Shown: positions 1 to 17,835 of the stretch, piece by piece
How the letters are laid out: the number at the start of each line of letters is the position of its first letter
Position numbering within the stretch: the first letter of the stretch is position 1
Assembly: GCA_012295275.1 (NCBI GenBank)
Contig: CM022674.1
Coordinates: 868,001 to 932,000, forward strand
DNA from: Chrysomallon squamiferum
Lineage: Eukaryota; Animalia; Mollusca
Length of the DNA: 64,000 bases
Direction of reading: 5' to 3'
Notes under the pieces: model-generated
What the model was told of the DNA's origin: nothing
Seen by the model: only the letters and a program-made list of their open reading frames with translations
Databases searched by the model: none
Translations under genes and position numbers: made by a program

Positions 1-301
1 GATATCACTAACTGGTCAAATTAAAACTTACACTGAAATTTCTCAAACTAAAAATGTACTTATACTGGACAGAGACAACCCATGGAATTATTTTTATCCT
101 CTTATCCCAAAAGCTCGGTGTGTATATGGAGGTACGTGCATGCATTCATACATTGCATTATATAAAACACATATATGCATATACACAAACACACAGACAA
201 ACATACACACACACACACATACATATTTTATACATGGTAATGATAAAAGAAACAGAAACATCATCTGTAACAATTGTGATAAAACCACAAAATAATTTAT
301 C

Positions 302-355
<54 letters not shown>

Positions 356-427
356 TAATAATAATAACAATAATAAAATTAATAATGATAATGTATATGA
401 TCTAGAAAGAATATTAAACATCTTCAC

Positions 428-4426
<3,999 letters not shown>

Positions 4427-4663
4427 TAGTGCCATGTCATCTAACTACAGTGATGTGTCTGACACAATAAAAACTAGTCTGTCTCTTCATACTTCTAGTC
4501 GGTTTACACAGAATTCACACACGGTCGCTTTGTTCACCGCACACTGTTTGAATCGATAGAGAACAAATACTAATTCTATTAGATTAAACAACATTAATAT
4601 CAGATAACACATTCAACAAACTATTCATACAATCTTCTTTGTCGTTATTTCATCATCATCATT

Positions 4664-4745
<82 letters not shown>

Positions 4746-4844
4746 CATTGTTGATGTTGTTCTTATTTATGTACGTTGTGAGTACCTATGTGGTGAATGT
4801 GAATAGAGAGTATAACTATGTTAAAATAGCATTGTCTGTAAATC

Positions 4845-4945
4845 TTGTCACTCTGGTGAAGGGTTATCTGACTGGTATGGACACCCATGGGATCCAGCAA
4901 AAGTGTTCCTACATCGCAGGTTTCCCCTTCATCAGAGAGACAAAG
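4845..4945. mobile_element. Degenerate non-autonomous DNA-transposon (Tc1/mariner-type MITE-like) remnant, repeated upstream of each gene unit
   Basis: Motif ...gggacacccatg(g)g.tcca.caaaagtgtccctacatcgcaggtttc... also occurs near 6140-6210, 13145-13240, 14825-14910, 28990-29080, 31660-31750, 43520-43570, 44020-44100, 54280-54360 and 54840-54920. It resembles the subterminal repeats of TACAGT-ended invertebrate MITEs, but no intact termini are visible. Confidence 0.4.
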
Positions 4946-5575
4946 TTTACAGTGAATTTCCTTTCAATATAGTTACAATGAAGATCCACTGTAGGAATTT
5001 AAGTTCCATATAAACAAAAAAAGAAATTTTTGTAACCAAATAAAAAAAATTAAAAAAAATATATGTGTCTATGTGTGTCCGTGTCTATATGTCAGTCTTA
5101 AAGAACATGAAAAATTGAAATATCTAATGAATGTGTGTAGATGTAAAATATTCAAACTTCTAATCATGATTCCAGTTCTTTCTAAGTCCATTTAAATTTA
5201 AAATCATCAGTATAATAGAATCATAAAAAAATATGTGTCAAATTAAAATCTCCTGTTTAATATCCAGAACATTTTAAAAATCTACTTGTAGAACCAAACT
5301 GTTAGTTAGAAATCCACTTATTAAAATCCAGATAATGTTAAAAAATCTACTTTTGTACACAATATATTAATAATCCATGCCAGATTAAAATCGACTTTTA
5401 AAAACAAACTATTGAAAATCCAGGTCTGTTTAAAATCTGAATGTTACAGATATCTGTAACAGGTGTGAAAAATATTCAAAAATAGTTTTCAAAACCATTG
5501 GTGCATGCAGAATTTAGCTGCATTTGTCACCGTAGGCGTGTGTGTGTGTGTGTGTGTGTGTCTGTATGTGGGTGT

Positions 5576-5606
<31 letters not shown>

Positions 5607-6281
5607 TGTCTGAATGCTTGGATTCATTTATGTATATATACACCTATATGTGTACTATGTTGTCTATTATTTAAGATATTGCTAAATTTATTTAATTTAT
5701 CTCGATAGAAATAATTTAAAAATAATAATAATAAATATAAATAAATAAATAAATAAAATCTGCAAAATAAAAAAGTATATTATACTCAGTTATATGATAT
5801 TCAGTTATTAGTCACGTTTGTCTTTGTAACTTTGTCTTCTTGACTGTATGAATGCATAAAAGATTCACTCATGCAATAAACAGAAATTCTCAAGTCCTGG
5901 TGGATAATAAGCGTATAACTAATGGGAGGTAATCGATAATATACGAGATACGTAAATCGTGATTTGACGACAGATGTGACGAATATCCCATTACTGCCAT
6001 CTCATGTAACTAGAGTAATGTGTGACAAAGCAAAAACAAGTCTACTGATGTTGTTGTTTTTATTTATGTTCATTGTGAGTATCGGTGTGGTGCACTGAAT
6101 AAAGATTGTAAATATGTTCAAATAAAATTGTCTGTAAATTTCGTCCCTCTGAAGAGGGGGCACCTGTCTTGTAGGGACACCCATCGGGTCGAGAAAAAGA
6201 GTCCCTGCATGAATGGGAAAATTATTTCTACTGTGCACCATCGTCTGATTGATTTATTTATTTACTTATTTATTTGTCTAT

Positions 6282-6336
<55 letters not shown>

Positions 6337-7176
6337 GTTTGTTTGTTTGTTTATTTAATTATGTACTTTAATTTTATTTTCGATGTAATCATTTTATTTT
6401 TATTCCCTTTGTTTTTTTTTTTTTATTATTATTTTTTTTTTTTTTCAAGCTAATCGTAAGTAAATATTTTCAACTAATCAAAAGTAAATAAAGTAAATAA
6501 ATAAATAAATAAATAAATAAACAAACAAACAAACAAATAAATAAATAAATAATAAGAATCATCATCATGTTTATCGTAAATGTAATCAAAGTCATAATAC
6601 TCATAATCATAATCATAATAAAAACAATGAAGAATTTGCCATTCAAAATTACGTTTTAATCCAAGTTATAGAATATTAACAGGAAATAAAATACTTACGT
6701 TATAAAACTTCTGTTTTTAGATTCCTCGACACATTCGATCATTTAGGTTTCCTCTGATACCTGTGTTTCACAATCTTTGTTCTGTTGGTTTCCTTTTTTT
6801 TTTTCATTTCAGTTTTATCTTGATTTTGAATTTACAAGAGTCACAGATGGCAGACAATAATGACAAACAAAAATATCGATTTCGTGTAATTTTCATGCGA
6901 CTGAACCTTAAAGAATCTTTTTTTTATTTTTTTTTTTATTTTTTTATTTTTTTTTTTATTTTTTTTTTTTTTTTGGGTTGTATTACAAATGTTCGTGTGA
7001 TACTGGCCGTTTTTCCAATTGCAAGTCCTTTTAACTCAGTCATTCTGCCTAATGACTACAGGTCTGTTTCAGACATTTCCCGTAATTCATGGGTCTTGGA
7101 TTTTAGGCTAAACGCCTAAACATTTCAGGAATAAGCCAGATGACTAGTTTGACATATGGAATGTAACACACACACA

Positions 7177-7236
<60 letters not shown>

Positions 7237-7789
7237 ATTATTAATTACGAGGTCGGTTTCCTTTGCATATGAATAGAATGCTATGTTCAGAAAAAAGATG
7301 CAGACGTCTGTCTACTTAGACTCGTGTCTGATGTTTTCGTTGGTGCTTTAATTTCGCATATTCCTTTATTTCCGTTATTTATATATGCATTTTTTTTTTT
7401 TTTTTTTATTATAAGGGTGCTTCCCTGGCGTATGAATACAGTACTATGTTTATAAGAAAATTGTAAACGTCTATGTACTTTGTCTCGTATTTGGTGTTTT
7501 CGTTAGTGTTTTGATTCCGCATTTTCCATTATTTCCCTTATTTGTATATACAATTTTCAATTATTAAACACCACCCATCCACACCCTCAGTACAAATAAT
7601 CAGAACTCGTGTCTTGCATCGATCTCAGGTGTCAGTTTGACAAAGAAAACCCAGCGTCTGTTTTACTGCAAATATTTTACACTCGAACATTTCACCAAAT
7701 TTACGAAAAGATCTTATTTTTTTTTCTTAAAGCAAAACTGATTTTAAGAATTTATTTTCTATTATTAATACATACGTTTGTGTATATGT

Positions 7790-7830
<41 letters not shown>

Positions 7831-7854
7831 CGTGCGTGTGCCTGTGTGTGTGTG

Positions 7855-9746
7855 TTATTTCCCTTCTGGCTCTCTTCTTACAAAATGGTATTTTCCAACA
7901 CTAACAGAAAACGTTTCTACGTGTTCTCTGAACAGTTTAACAAGTATCAGAGTTATCGCCGCTTGATCAAACCTGTGACATTTGCTGTATTTTCTAATAC
8001 CTGTGTTACAGTGAAGTTCTCTGTTGTCATAATAGGTGCACATACATTTGGGATCTATAGCACACGCCCACCACGTCTTCACGACAACGTCTTTGATAAA
8101 CGGCTCGTTGTACATCATTACCATCGTAGCTTCAAACTCGTGATACGCAGAATATTCGCAGGCGTCGTCGCCGAAGTAGTCAAGCATAGTTTTAGACGTG
8201 TGATCTGCAATAGAGGATCCCCCTATTCCTAGCAAGATTCCAGAAGATTTGATGTTGTCAAACAGAGGTTGGAGGTTGACTGGTTTGAAACGGATTGATG
8301 CATCAGTCCAGATTAACAGTTCGCTGTGTGGAAGAACAGCCTGCAATGTCAACATAAATTAAATTAGTTAAACTTAAAATGCATCTCTGCCTTTAAGAAA
8401 AACAGATCTAACAAAATTATCTATACTTCCATGTTTTTTTCTGTTTTATTTTATTTTATTATTATTTTTTTTTTTTTGTCAATGTGTCATCCCATACAAC
8501 AAAGTTTGATGATAAAACTGCGTTGTACAAAACATCTCAACATCTCAAAATTCACTCTAGATTCGTGACGTGGCCTGCTACAACAACAACAACTACTACT
8601 ACTGTTGCAACTGTTACCACTACTGTTACTATCACAACAACCACAATTACACCATTATTGCTATTATTACAAGTATCAGTACTAATAATGCTACTACAGC
8701 TTCAATTGTACCATTATTACTAGTGCTACTAGTAGAAATACTGTAACTACTACTTATTACACTAATAAAAGTGCAGCTGTTATTTGTTCAACTACTAATA
8801 TTTCGGCTACTACTGCTTCTACTACTACAATTACTGTCATCACAATTGTTATTACTAATAGAATTGCTAATAATAATAATAATAATAACAATAATAATTC
8901 TTGTACTAATAAGAGGTAGTAGTAGTAGTAGTAGAAGTAGTATCACTGTTAATGCACTGATTAATTAACAGTAATTGTTACCTGAATTATTATTACTTTC
9001 CAGGTGTACCCTTTAAGAAATCTAAATCTCTTCGGCAAAAGATCAAAGGGAAATGACCTGAATTCACATCTGCATTTTTCTATGATCTGAAATTAACATT
9101 TAGAAAATTAAAATCTGTTAGCGAGGGCAGTGTTAGATTTATTCATCATCAAATTGTTTTCTGAGGATGGTAAATTGATTGTTTTATGTCGTTCCCTTTT
9201 CTTGCTTTTTCTTTTCCTCTCTTTTAGAATAAATAAATAAAAGAATAAAAATAATCTGAATTCATAACAGTAGACACAGTAATGTAATATGTACGCACAC
9301 ACCCACATATATGCAGACTCGAGAAAAAGGTGCAAACACATATATTTAGTTTTTAGTAGGCAATCACACTTTCATATCAGGAGATGTAGTTAATTTAAAC
9401 TGTTTACTCTAAATACGGTTTTATTTGTACAGACCAGTGATTACTTATTGAACCTACTCTGTACGTTTTCACTTACTCGATTTTAACTGAAACTCTGTAG
9501 AACCTGCTAATAAACACTGTCAAATACGTGCAGTATTTATTTATTTATTTATTTACTTATTTTGTTCATTTATTTTTGTATATATATATATTCACTCTTA
9601 AAAGCAACATTCTGAAGGGATCTGGACTTGCCTGTCTACACGATCTTTATATAACAGTGTATTCCCTATTTATTTATTTATTAATTTATTTATTAAGTTA
9701 GTTAGTTACTTTCTTATTTATTCATATACTTATTTATTTATTTATT

Positions 9747-9820
<74 letters not shown>

Positions 9821-10277
9821 GTTAGTTAAATGAGTCTTCACCTTCTTCTTCTCCTCTGGTTTTAATCCCAAGTCGTAGAAATAAAAAGTAAAATTTTTCA
9901 GCTTAGGAAACACAATTTCACGTAGATTCTTGATCAGTGCCAGAGATTCCTTGAAGTGATTGGAAGAAGCAGCTGTCACGAAAGTCACTTTACTAACATT
10001 CTTGTAAGGTCCGAAAGCGACTGAAAGTCTCTCAGAAACGTCCTTGACCCTGGTTAGAGGTGTAAGCACACTGAGTAAATTTTCGTCACTAGAAGGTGGA
10101 GGGAAAGATGAATTGCAGGCCGTGTCCACACATCTGACATCTGTTTGTATAAACAGATACATTAATGAAAAGCTTGGAAACAAAATACATAGGAAGCATA
10201 TTAGTTATTTTTTTCCCTATTATTTTGTATTATTATAATTCATAATCTCTACAGTCTCCCTCTCTCTATTTATCTCT

Positions 10278-10371
<94 letters not shown>

Positions 10372-10813
10372 AAGAATAAATAACTTACTGGCTTCAACAC
10401 CTTTCCAGCAAGACTTTACTTCTTGAAGTTTTTTCCACACTTTGTGTAGTTTGACATCTTAAACATAAAATACGACACGTAGACACAAATATAAACGTAT
10501 TTTCTGTAATTGGACACCTTAAAGATAAAATACGATAGGATATACAGAGATATCACTGATTGGTCAAATTGAGACCTATACTGAAATTTGTCAAACTGAA
10601 AATATACTTATACTGGAAAATCATATTCCATGTAATGATTTTTATCGTTTCATCGAAAAATTTCGATATTTATATAGATGTAGGTGTGTACCTATGTACA
10701 TTGCATTACATGAATTACATGTAAACTAAGAAGTCACTAATATTAGTTACGACAACAACAACAACAATAATAATGATAATTTAATCAATAATAATAATAA
10801 TAACAGCAATAAC

Positions 10814-10846
<33 letters not shown>

Positions 10847-12160
10847 CATAATAACAATAATAATGAGAATGATAATAATAAAGATAATGTATATAATCTA
10901 GAAAGAAGTTTAAACATCTTCACCTTCTACTTTGGCTTTGTACATCTTTTTATAAATTTCTAAATTGAGGCTGATCGGCTTGGAGTAAACCAAATCTTTC
11001 TCTACAAGAACAAAAATTAATTGATGAATGTCTTTAATCAGTTTTATTTTTCAATTAATTCTCTGTATGAGTTTTTCCTGAACGAAAAAAGAAAGAAACA
11101 AAGAAACAAAGAAGAAAACAAAAACAAAACGAAAGCAGATATAAAAAACAAACAATTTTTCATTGTGTTTAGGTATCTGAATAAGTGAGCATATTCTGTG
11201 TATGCCTACATACCTATCCTGTTAATTTATGCATATATATTTAGAAGTTGGATATAAATATTAATAAACATTCTACCTTCATTTAGAGTCGTTTTCTTTG
11301 AACTGAAAAATAGAGTGTCCATCCTGTTTAGAAATGAGTTTAATGAATAAGTTCCTGAAATGAAGTAAAGTTTAAAATATTAAAATCATTGAATCTATAC
11401 TGAAGACATCGAAACCAAGAAAAGATGATGATGATGATGATGATGATGATGATAATAATAATAATGTTTATTTTATGTTAATGTTTTTTAATTATTTCAT
11501 TTAGTTATTTTTTTCCAGTAGAAGACACCAAGACAGAAATATTACTTACTGACTAGATAGTGATGTGTTATATTTCTGTGGTACAGTGAACTAAAGAAAC
11601 TGGGACAAACATCTGGTCACTTGCGATGTTAACTTTTAGGAATTAAAGAAGAAAAAATCACCATGGCGTTATGCAAACTGGGATTTCTTTAGCAATCGTG
11701 TGACGTCACAGAACACAAACAAATAGCAAAACAGTGACGTCAGTGAAAACAAGCAATTAATAAAACTGTGAAAGAAAGAAAGAAGAAAAAACGGAAGTAG
11801 AGACACAAGTAATTTATATTCAATAGTATCACTCAGAAAATGTTACTACCTGTGAGTAAAATTCAAGTTTTTTCTGTAAAATAATCCGAAAATAATCCAC
11901 GTTTCAAATTAAACAAATAATGCAAAGTCAATGCTGACCTAAGACCTTGAAAGGCTGCTTGGATTCGTTCGTTACTTTCTGTCATTTCGTAATCCATTCG
12001 TTCATTCATCCATTCGTTCATTCATCCATTCGTTCATTCACGATAACACTCACTGAAAAAAGTCATACCTGTATTGTTTTTAAAACTGGTTGTGAAGACG
12101 ATGTACGTAACAGCCGAACAGAGAACTACTAAAATAAAGAGAAATGTCTTCCTGAAAAAA

Positions 12161-12192
<32 letters not shown>

Positions 12193-12473
12193 CAACTAAA
12201 CAAATCAACTATATATATATACACACATACATGTTAACACATAATTTAACACTTAACAGAATTCATCATTGCTTTAAGTAACAAAAGGTAACATTTTTTT
12301 TGTTTCCATTACTTTTATCTTTACTGCATTTATCGAGAATAATTTTTTCTGGTGTCATATTTTATGTCACTTTGCGTAAAAAATATCAACAATATAGCTA
12401 AAAATGTGTTGTACACTTTATATTTTAAGTGTATGTACTGTTCTTTTTATGAATATATTTGTGTGTTTATAAC

Positions 12474-12528
<55 letters not shown>

Positions 12529-12888
12529 GTATATGTATATATGTATGTGCATTTGTGTGTATATGTAAATATATATTGCTAAATTTATTTTAATATATCT
12601 CGATCAAAAATTAAACAAAAGAAAGTATAATAAATAACTGAATAAATAAATGGATAAATACATAAACAAGTAAATAAATAAATATATAAATAAATCAGGA
12701 AATGAATAAATAAATAATAAGAAAAGTCATGGTATACTCTGTAACATTCAGTTATTAGTCAAGTTTATCTTTCTCACTGTATCAGTGTATAGAAGATTCA
12801 CTCATGCTATAAACAGTAATATTTTGCAAAAAATATTCGGACCACGAACTTACCGAGATATGGCGAGAAACTTTGAACTCAGCTGCAT
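7855..12888 (-). CDS. DUF1647-family putative glycosyltransferase-like type II membrane protein, copy B (384 aa; lacks exon 3)
   Basis: Exons: 12888-12854 ([12 protein letters not shown]), 12151-12069 ([19 protein letters not shown]..., TM), 11001-10924, 10457-10389, 10140-9842 ([15 protein letters not shown]...YDLGL), 9086-8982 ([27 protein letters not shown]), 8340-7855 (WTDAS...CHRFDQ). Canonical GT-AG sites; sizes 35+83+78+69+299+105+486 give one open frame. Family call is from motif recognition; no search was run. Confidence 0.88.
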
Positions 12889-13254
12889 AACTGCTATCTC
12901 CTCTAACTAGAGTACTGTGTAACAAAACAAACACTGTTATCTTTCTTCTAACAGGTCACGTAGTTCACCGCAAACTGTTTGAGACGATAGAGAGCAAACA
13001 TTAATTTCATTAGATTAAAGAAAATTATTATTATTATTATTATTATTATTACTTTGTTGGTGTTGTTCTTGTTTATGTTCGTTGAGAGCACTGGTGTGCT
13101 GAATAAAGATCGCAAATATTTAAAAATAAAATTGTCTGAACATTTTGCCCCTCTCATGAGGGGGTACCTGAAATATAGGGACACCCATGAAGTCCAACAA
13201 AAGATGACCTTACATCGCAGGTTTCACGTCATCAGAGAGAAAAATATACACAAA

Positions 13255-14500
13255 ATTAATTAAACTTAAAAATGCATCTCTGCCTAGAACAAAAACAGCT
13301 CTAACAAAATTATCTATACTTCTTTTTTCTTTTCTTTTTTGTCAATGTTTCACAAAGTTTGATGATAAAAGTGCGTTGTACAGAACATCTGAACTACTAC
13401 TATACTTTTATTTCTAGTGCTACTAGTTATAATACTATAAGTACTACCTACTACGCCAATAAAAGTACAACTACTACTTTCACAACTGCAGCAACTACTG
13501 CTACTACTAGTAAACAACAACAACTACTACTACTATTGATAGTGTTACCTCTATTGTTACTATCACAACAACCACAATTACACCGTTACTGCTTATATTA
13601 CAAGTATCAGTACTAATAATGATACTACAACTACTGCTATACCATTATTGCTAGTGCTACTAGTAGAAATACTGTAACTGCTACCTATTTCACTAATAAA
13701 AGTGTTACTGCTATTTTTTCAGCCACTACCACTAATATTTCTGCTACTACTGCTTCTACTACTACAATCACTACAATCACAATTATTGTTGCTTCTAGAA
13801 TTTCTAATAATAATAATAATAATAATGTTAATTTTATGCTATTTTGTTTTATTTTATTTCACTAATTTACTTTTTTATTTAATATTATTCATGTATGCTT
13901 TAAGTAACAAAATTTAACATTGTTTTTGTTTCAGTTACTTTTCTCTTTACTGTATTTAACAAAAGAATTTTGTTTTCATGTGTCATATTTTATGTCACTT
14001 TGCGTCAAAAGTATCAACTCTGTAGCTAAAAATATGCTGTACACTTTATATCTTGAGTGTATGTATTATTCTTTTTATGAATATATGTATGTTTATAACT
14101 GTATGTATATATGTATGTGCATTTGGGTGCATATGTAAATATATATTGCTAAATTTATTTTAATATATATCGATCAAAAATTAAACGAAATGAAGGGCAA
14201 TAAATAAATAAATAAATAAATAAATACATATACAAGTAAATAAATAAATAAATAGATGAATCAACAAATGAATAATTAAATAATAAGAAAAATCCGCAGA
14301 ATGAAAAGTCATGTTATACTCTGTGACATTCAGTTATTAGTCAAGTTTATCTTTCTCACTTTGTCTTCCTTACTGTATCAATGTAGAGAAGATTCACTCA
14401 TGCTATAAACAGTAATATTTCAAGTTTTGCTAGAAAATATTCGGACCACGAACTTACCGAGATATGGCGAAAATCTTTGAACTCAGTTGGATAACTGCTA
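13255..14500 (-). pseudogene. Collapsed remnant of a DUF1647 gene unit (last-intron fragment fused to intron 1 and an exon 1 with a dead start)
   Basis: 13255-13820 matches intron 7 of copy B (~8360-8900). 13890-14940 matches intron 1/exon 1/upstream of copy B (~12270-13250). The exon-1 copy at 14492-14458 has ATG changed to ATC. No internal exons remain. Confidence 0.7.
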
Positions 14501-14614
14501 TCTCCTGTAACTAGAGTAATGTGTAACAAAACAAACACTGTTATCTTTCTTCTAACAGGTCACGTTGTTCACCGCAAACTGTTTGAGTCGAAACAAAAAT
14601 ATTATTATTATTAC

Positions 14615-14707
<93 letters not shown>

Positions 14708-15123
14708 GTTTTATTATTAATATTCTTGTGCTGGTGTTGTTCTTGTTCATGTTCGTTGAGAGCACTGGTGTGTTGTATGTTAATAAAGATTGCAAATATT
14801 TTAAAATAAAAATGTCTGAACATTTTGTCCCTCTCATGAGGGGGTACCTGAAATGTAGGGACACCCATGAGGTCCAACAAAAGTGTCTCTACATCGCAGA
14901 TTTCTCGTTATTAGAGAGAAAACATTTACACAAAATTTTCTTTTAACATATTTATAATCTTCAGAATTGATAGCGCCAACTTACGATAGCGCAAATCGGC
15001 AAATCTCGCAGAACGTATGAATTGTAATCAAAACAAAAGAAGAATATAAAATATGTTTTACATATATTCTGACTCAATTTAGATTAATACAATTCACAAA
15101 TCAGTATCTTATAAACATGTTTT

Positions 15124-15171
<48 letters not shown>

Positions 15172-15732
15172 CAAAAAGAAAGATCGACATACACTCAAAC
15201 ACTAATCATAACACAGAGATTATACCGACATTTTATGTGTATATGTGTATGTGTGTGTCTGTATGTGTATGTGTGTCTGTATCTATGTTTGTCTGTGTCA
15301 TACGTCATATTTAAAAGAACATAAAACATTAAAATAACTAATGAAAGTTTTTAACATACAAAACATTCAAACCTTAAACACGATACAGATTCGTTCCAAG
15401 TCCATTTGAATTTAAAATCATCAGTAAAATATAAATCATAAAAAAAATACGTGTCAGATTAAAATGTACTCACTAAAATGCACATAAAGTTAAAACAATC
15501 CACTTGTAAAATCAAACTGTTAAATATCCACGCCAGTTTAAAATCCACATAGATAAACATCCACTTGTAGAACGGGGCTATCGAAAATCTATGTCAGTTT
15601 AGACTCTATTTGTTACAGACGTGTGTAAGTGGTGTCACAGTGTTTAAAGATACTTCTCTAAATCAGTAGAGAATTCAGAATTTGTTAGCTGTATTTCTCA
15701 ACTTAGGTATTTATGTGTGTACTTGTGTGTGC

Positions 15733-15777
<45 letters not shown>

Positions 15778-17266
15778 GTCTGTGTGTCTGGATGTATCTA
15801 TGTTTATATACAAGTACGTGTGTATATTGGTGTCTATTTTTTAGGATATTGCTATATTTATTTTATTTATGACGATCAAAAATTAAATATATAAATATAT
15901 AAATACATAAATAAATAAATAATAATAATAATAATAATAAAAAACAATGATAATAATAATAAAAATCTTCAAAATGAAAAGCAATATTATACTATGTGAT
16001 GTTCAGTTACTAGTGATGTTTACCTTCGTAACTTTGTTTTCTTTACTGTGCGAATATGTAAAAAGATTCAAACATGCAATAAACAGAAGGTTCTCAAGAT
16101 TTGCTAAATAATATACGGGATACGTAAGATGCGAACTGCAACAACACTGAAAAACCTTGCATTACTGAGATCTGAACTAGCTAGAGTGAAGTGTGACAAA
16201 ACAAAAACTAATCTTGTGTCTGCAGACTGGCCCCGTTGTTCATTTCAAACTGTTTTTGAAATTTATTATGTTCGTTGTCAGTACGTATGAATTTATGGAT
16301 GTGGCTGTGTGTGTATGTGCGCCTATGTGTATGTATGAATGTATGAATGTATGTATTCTCTCTTCCTAAATATTATTCTGCTATTGTGGTTTGTGTTCTT
16401 ATTCTTATTATCATTTTATTGATTGATGGTGTTGTTAGTACTGTTGTGTTTGTCGTTGTTGTTACTATTGCTATAATTGTTATTGTTGTTGCTGTTCTTG
16501 TTTTGTTGTCATCATCATGAATATTATTTATTTATTTGTTTACAGCGGTACCTCTCTTTAGCGGCCCCCGAGATGAGCGACCACCAATCTGTACGGACAC
16601 TTCTCCGAGACTCGATTGTTTTTCAGTGGACAGGTCCTTTAGATTATTATTCCTCTGCTAAAGCGCACAGCCCAACATAAATAACTGTGTTGTTGTACAG
16701 CAGAACTCTACGCTGTTTTTAAAGATGGCGTCGCACATTTCCTGTACTGCACAGAACATGCAGGGACTGTCGTGTTTGTTCAATGACATGAATCCGCGAA
16801 CTGGCTAAGCGACACTTAACATCATTCCGTGATTTTTATGTTTTTTAAATCGTGCATTGTCTCGGTACTGTGGGGATCGAAACAATTGGTGCGACTGTTT
16901 CAAGTCGGAGTTCTACTTGGGTTTCAAGTGCATTATTTTATTTGACGTAAAACTACCTTATTTGTATTATGAGTTTCATGAGAGGAAAATGTGTTTCTGT
17001 TGCATGGATGATTGAAGTCGATATATTTGCAAATGTGTTTCCAACTGTGATGCTTGCTGTGGCAATCCATGTACACGACGATGTATTTATGTTGTAAGTA
17101 CCGCTGTGATGCATGTCAATACAAAATTATAAATACGTTAAAATACAATTTACACACAATTTCTTTTTAACATATTTACAATCTTAGGAAGGCGCAGCTT
17201 GAAATCAACTTATTAAAATCATATCTGTCAAAATAGCTATTTGAGTGTGTATGTGTATGTGTGTGC

Positions 17267-17310
<44 letters not shown>

Positions 17311-17529
17311 GCGTGTGCGTGTGTGTGTGTGTGAATAGTATCCAGTTACTGACGTTTCATCTAACTAAAGCAATACGTGAGAAAACAAACACTAGTCTGT
17401 CTCCTCAAACTGGTCCTGCTGTTCATGAAAAACTGTTTTCAAGTCGATAAACAAACATTAACTGTTTTACATTACACAAAATAAACATTAGATGAAACAT
17501 TCAACGAACAATTGATAAAATCATCTTTT

Positions 17530-17594
<65 letters not shown>

Positions 17595-17644
17595 CATTAT
17601 TCCATTGTTGATGTGGTTCTTTCTTATGTTCGTTGTACGTTAGT

Positions 17645-17835
17645 ACGTATATATGTATGTATGTATGTAGTTCCGGATTTTGAATATTCTGTGTCTTATG
17701 TACATCTAAATAGACTCTGCACTTAGACAATATTTGGGAATTCACTGGCACACGAGGACAAAGTCCAGTCACAACCTCACAAACCCGTCAGATGCCGCTA
17801 ACGAGACTCGAACGTGTAGCACCCATTTTGTATGT
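17645..17835 (-). mobile_element. Possible 5'-truncated tRNA-derived SINE (paralogue at ~33760-33945)
   Basis: The minus strand has a B-box-like GTTCGAGTC (~17805-17813), ~140 bp of unique body and an (ACAT)n tail. No clear A box. Confidence 0.3.

Noticed and set aside
7609-8232. Plus-strand ORFs overlapping exon 8 (also 20653, 36700, 47447)
   Set aside because: They are antisense shadows of the DUF1647 exon with no recognisable motifs.
13200-13240. Hammerhead-ribozyme-like CTGATGA-N3-4-GAAA(C) on the minus strand (also ~4920-4940, 29065, 44080, 54905), tempting because PLEs carry hammerheads
   Set aside because: Only 3-4 nt separate the core boxes (no stem II), stem I does not pair, and most copies lack the NUH site. 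It is better explained as part of a MITE-like remnant.
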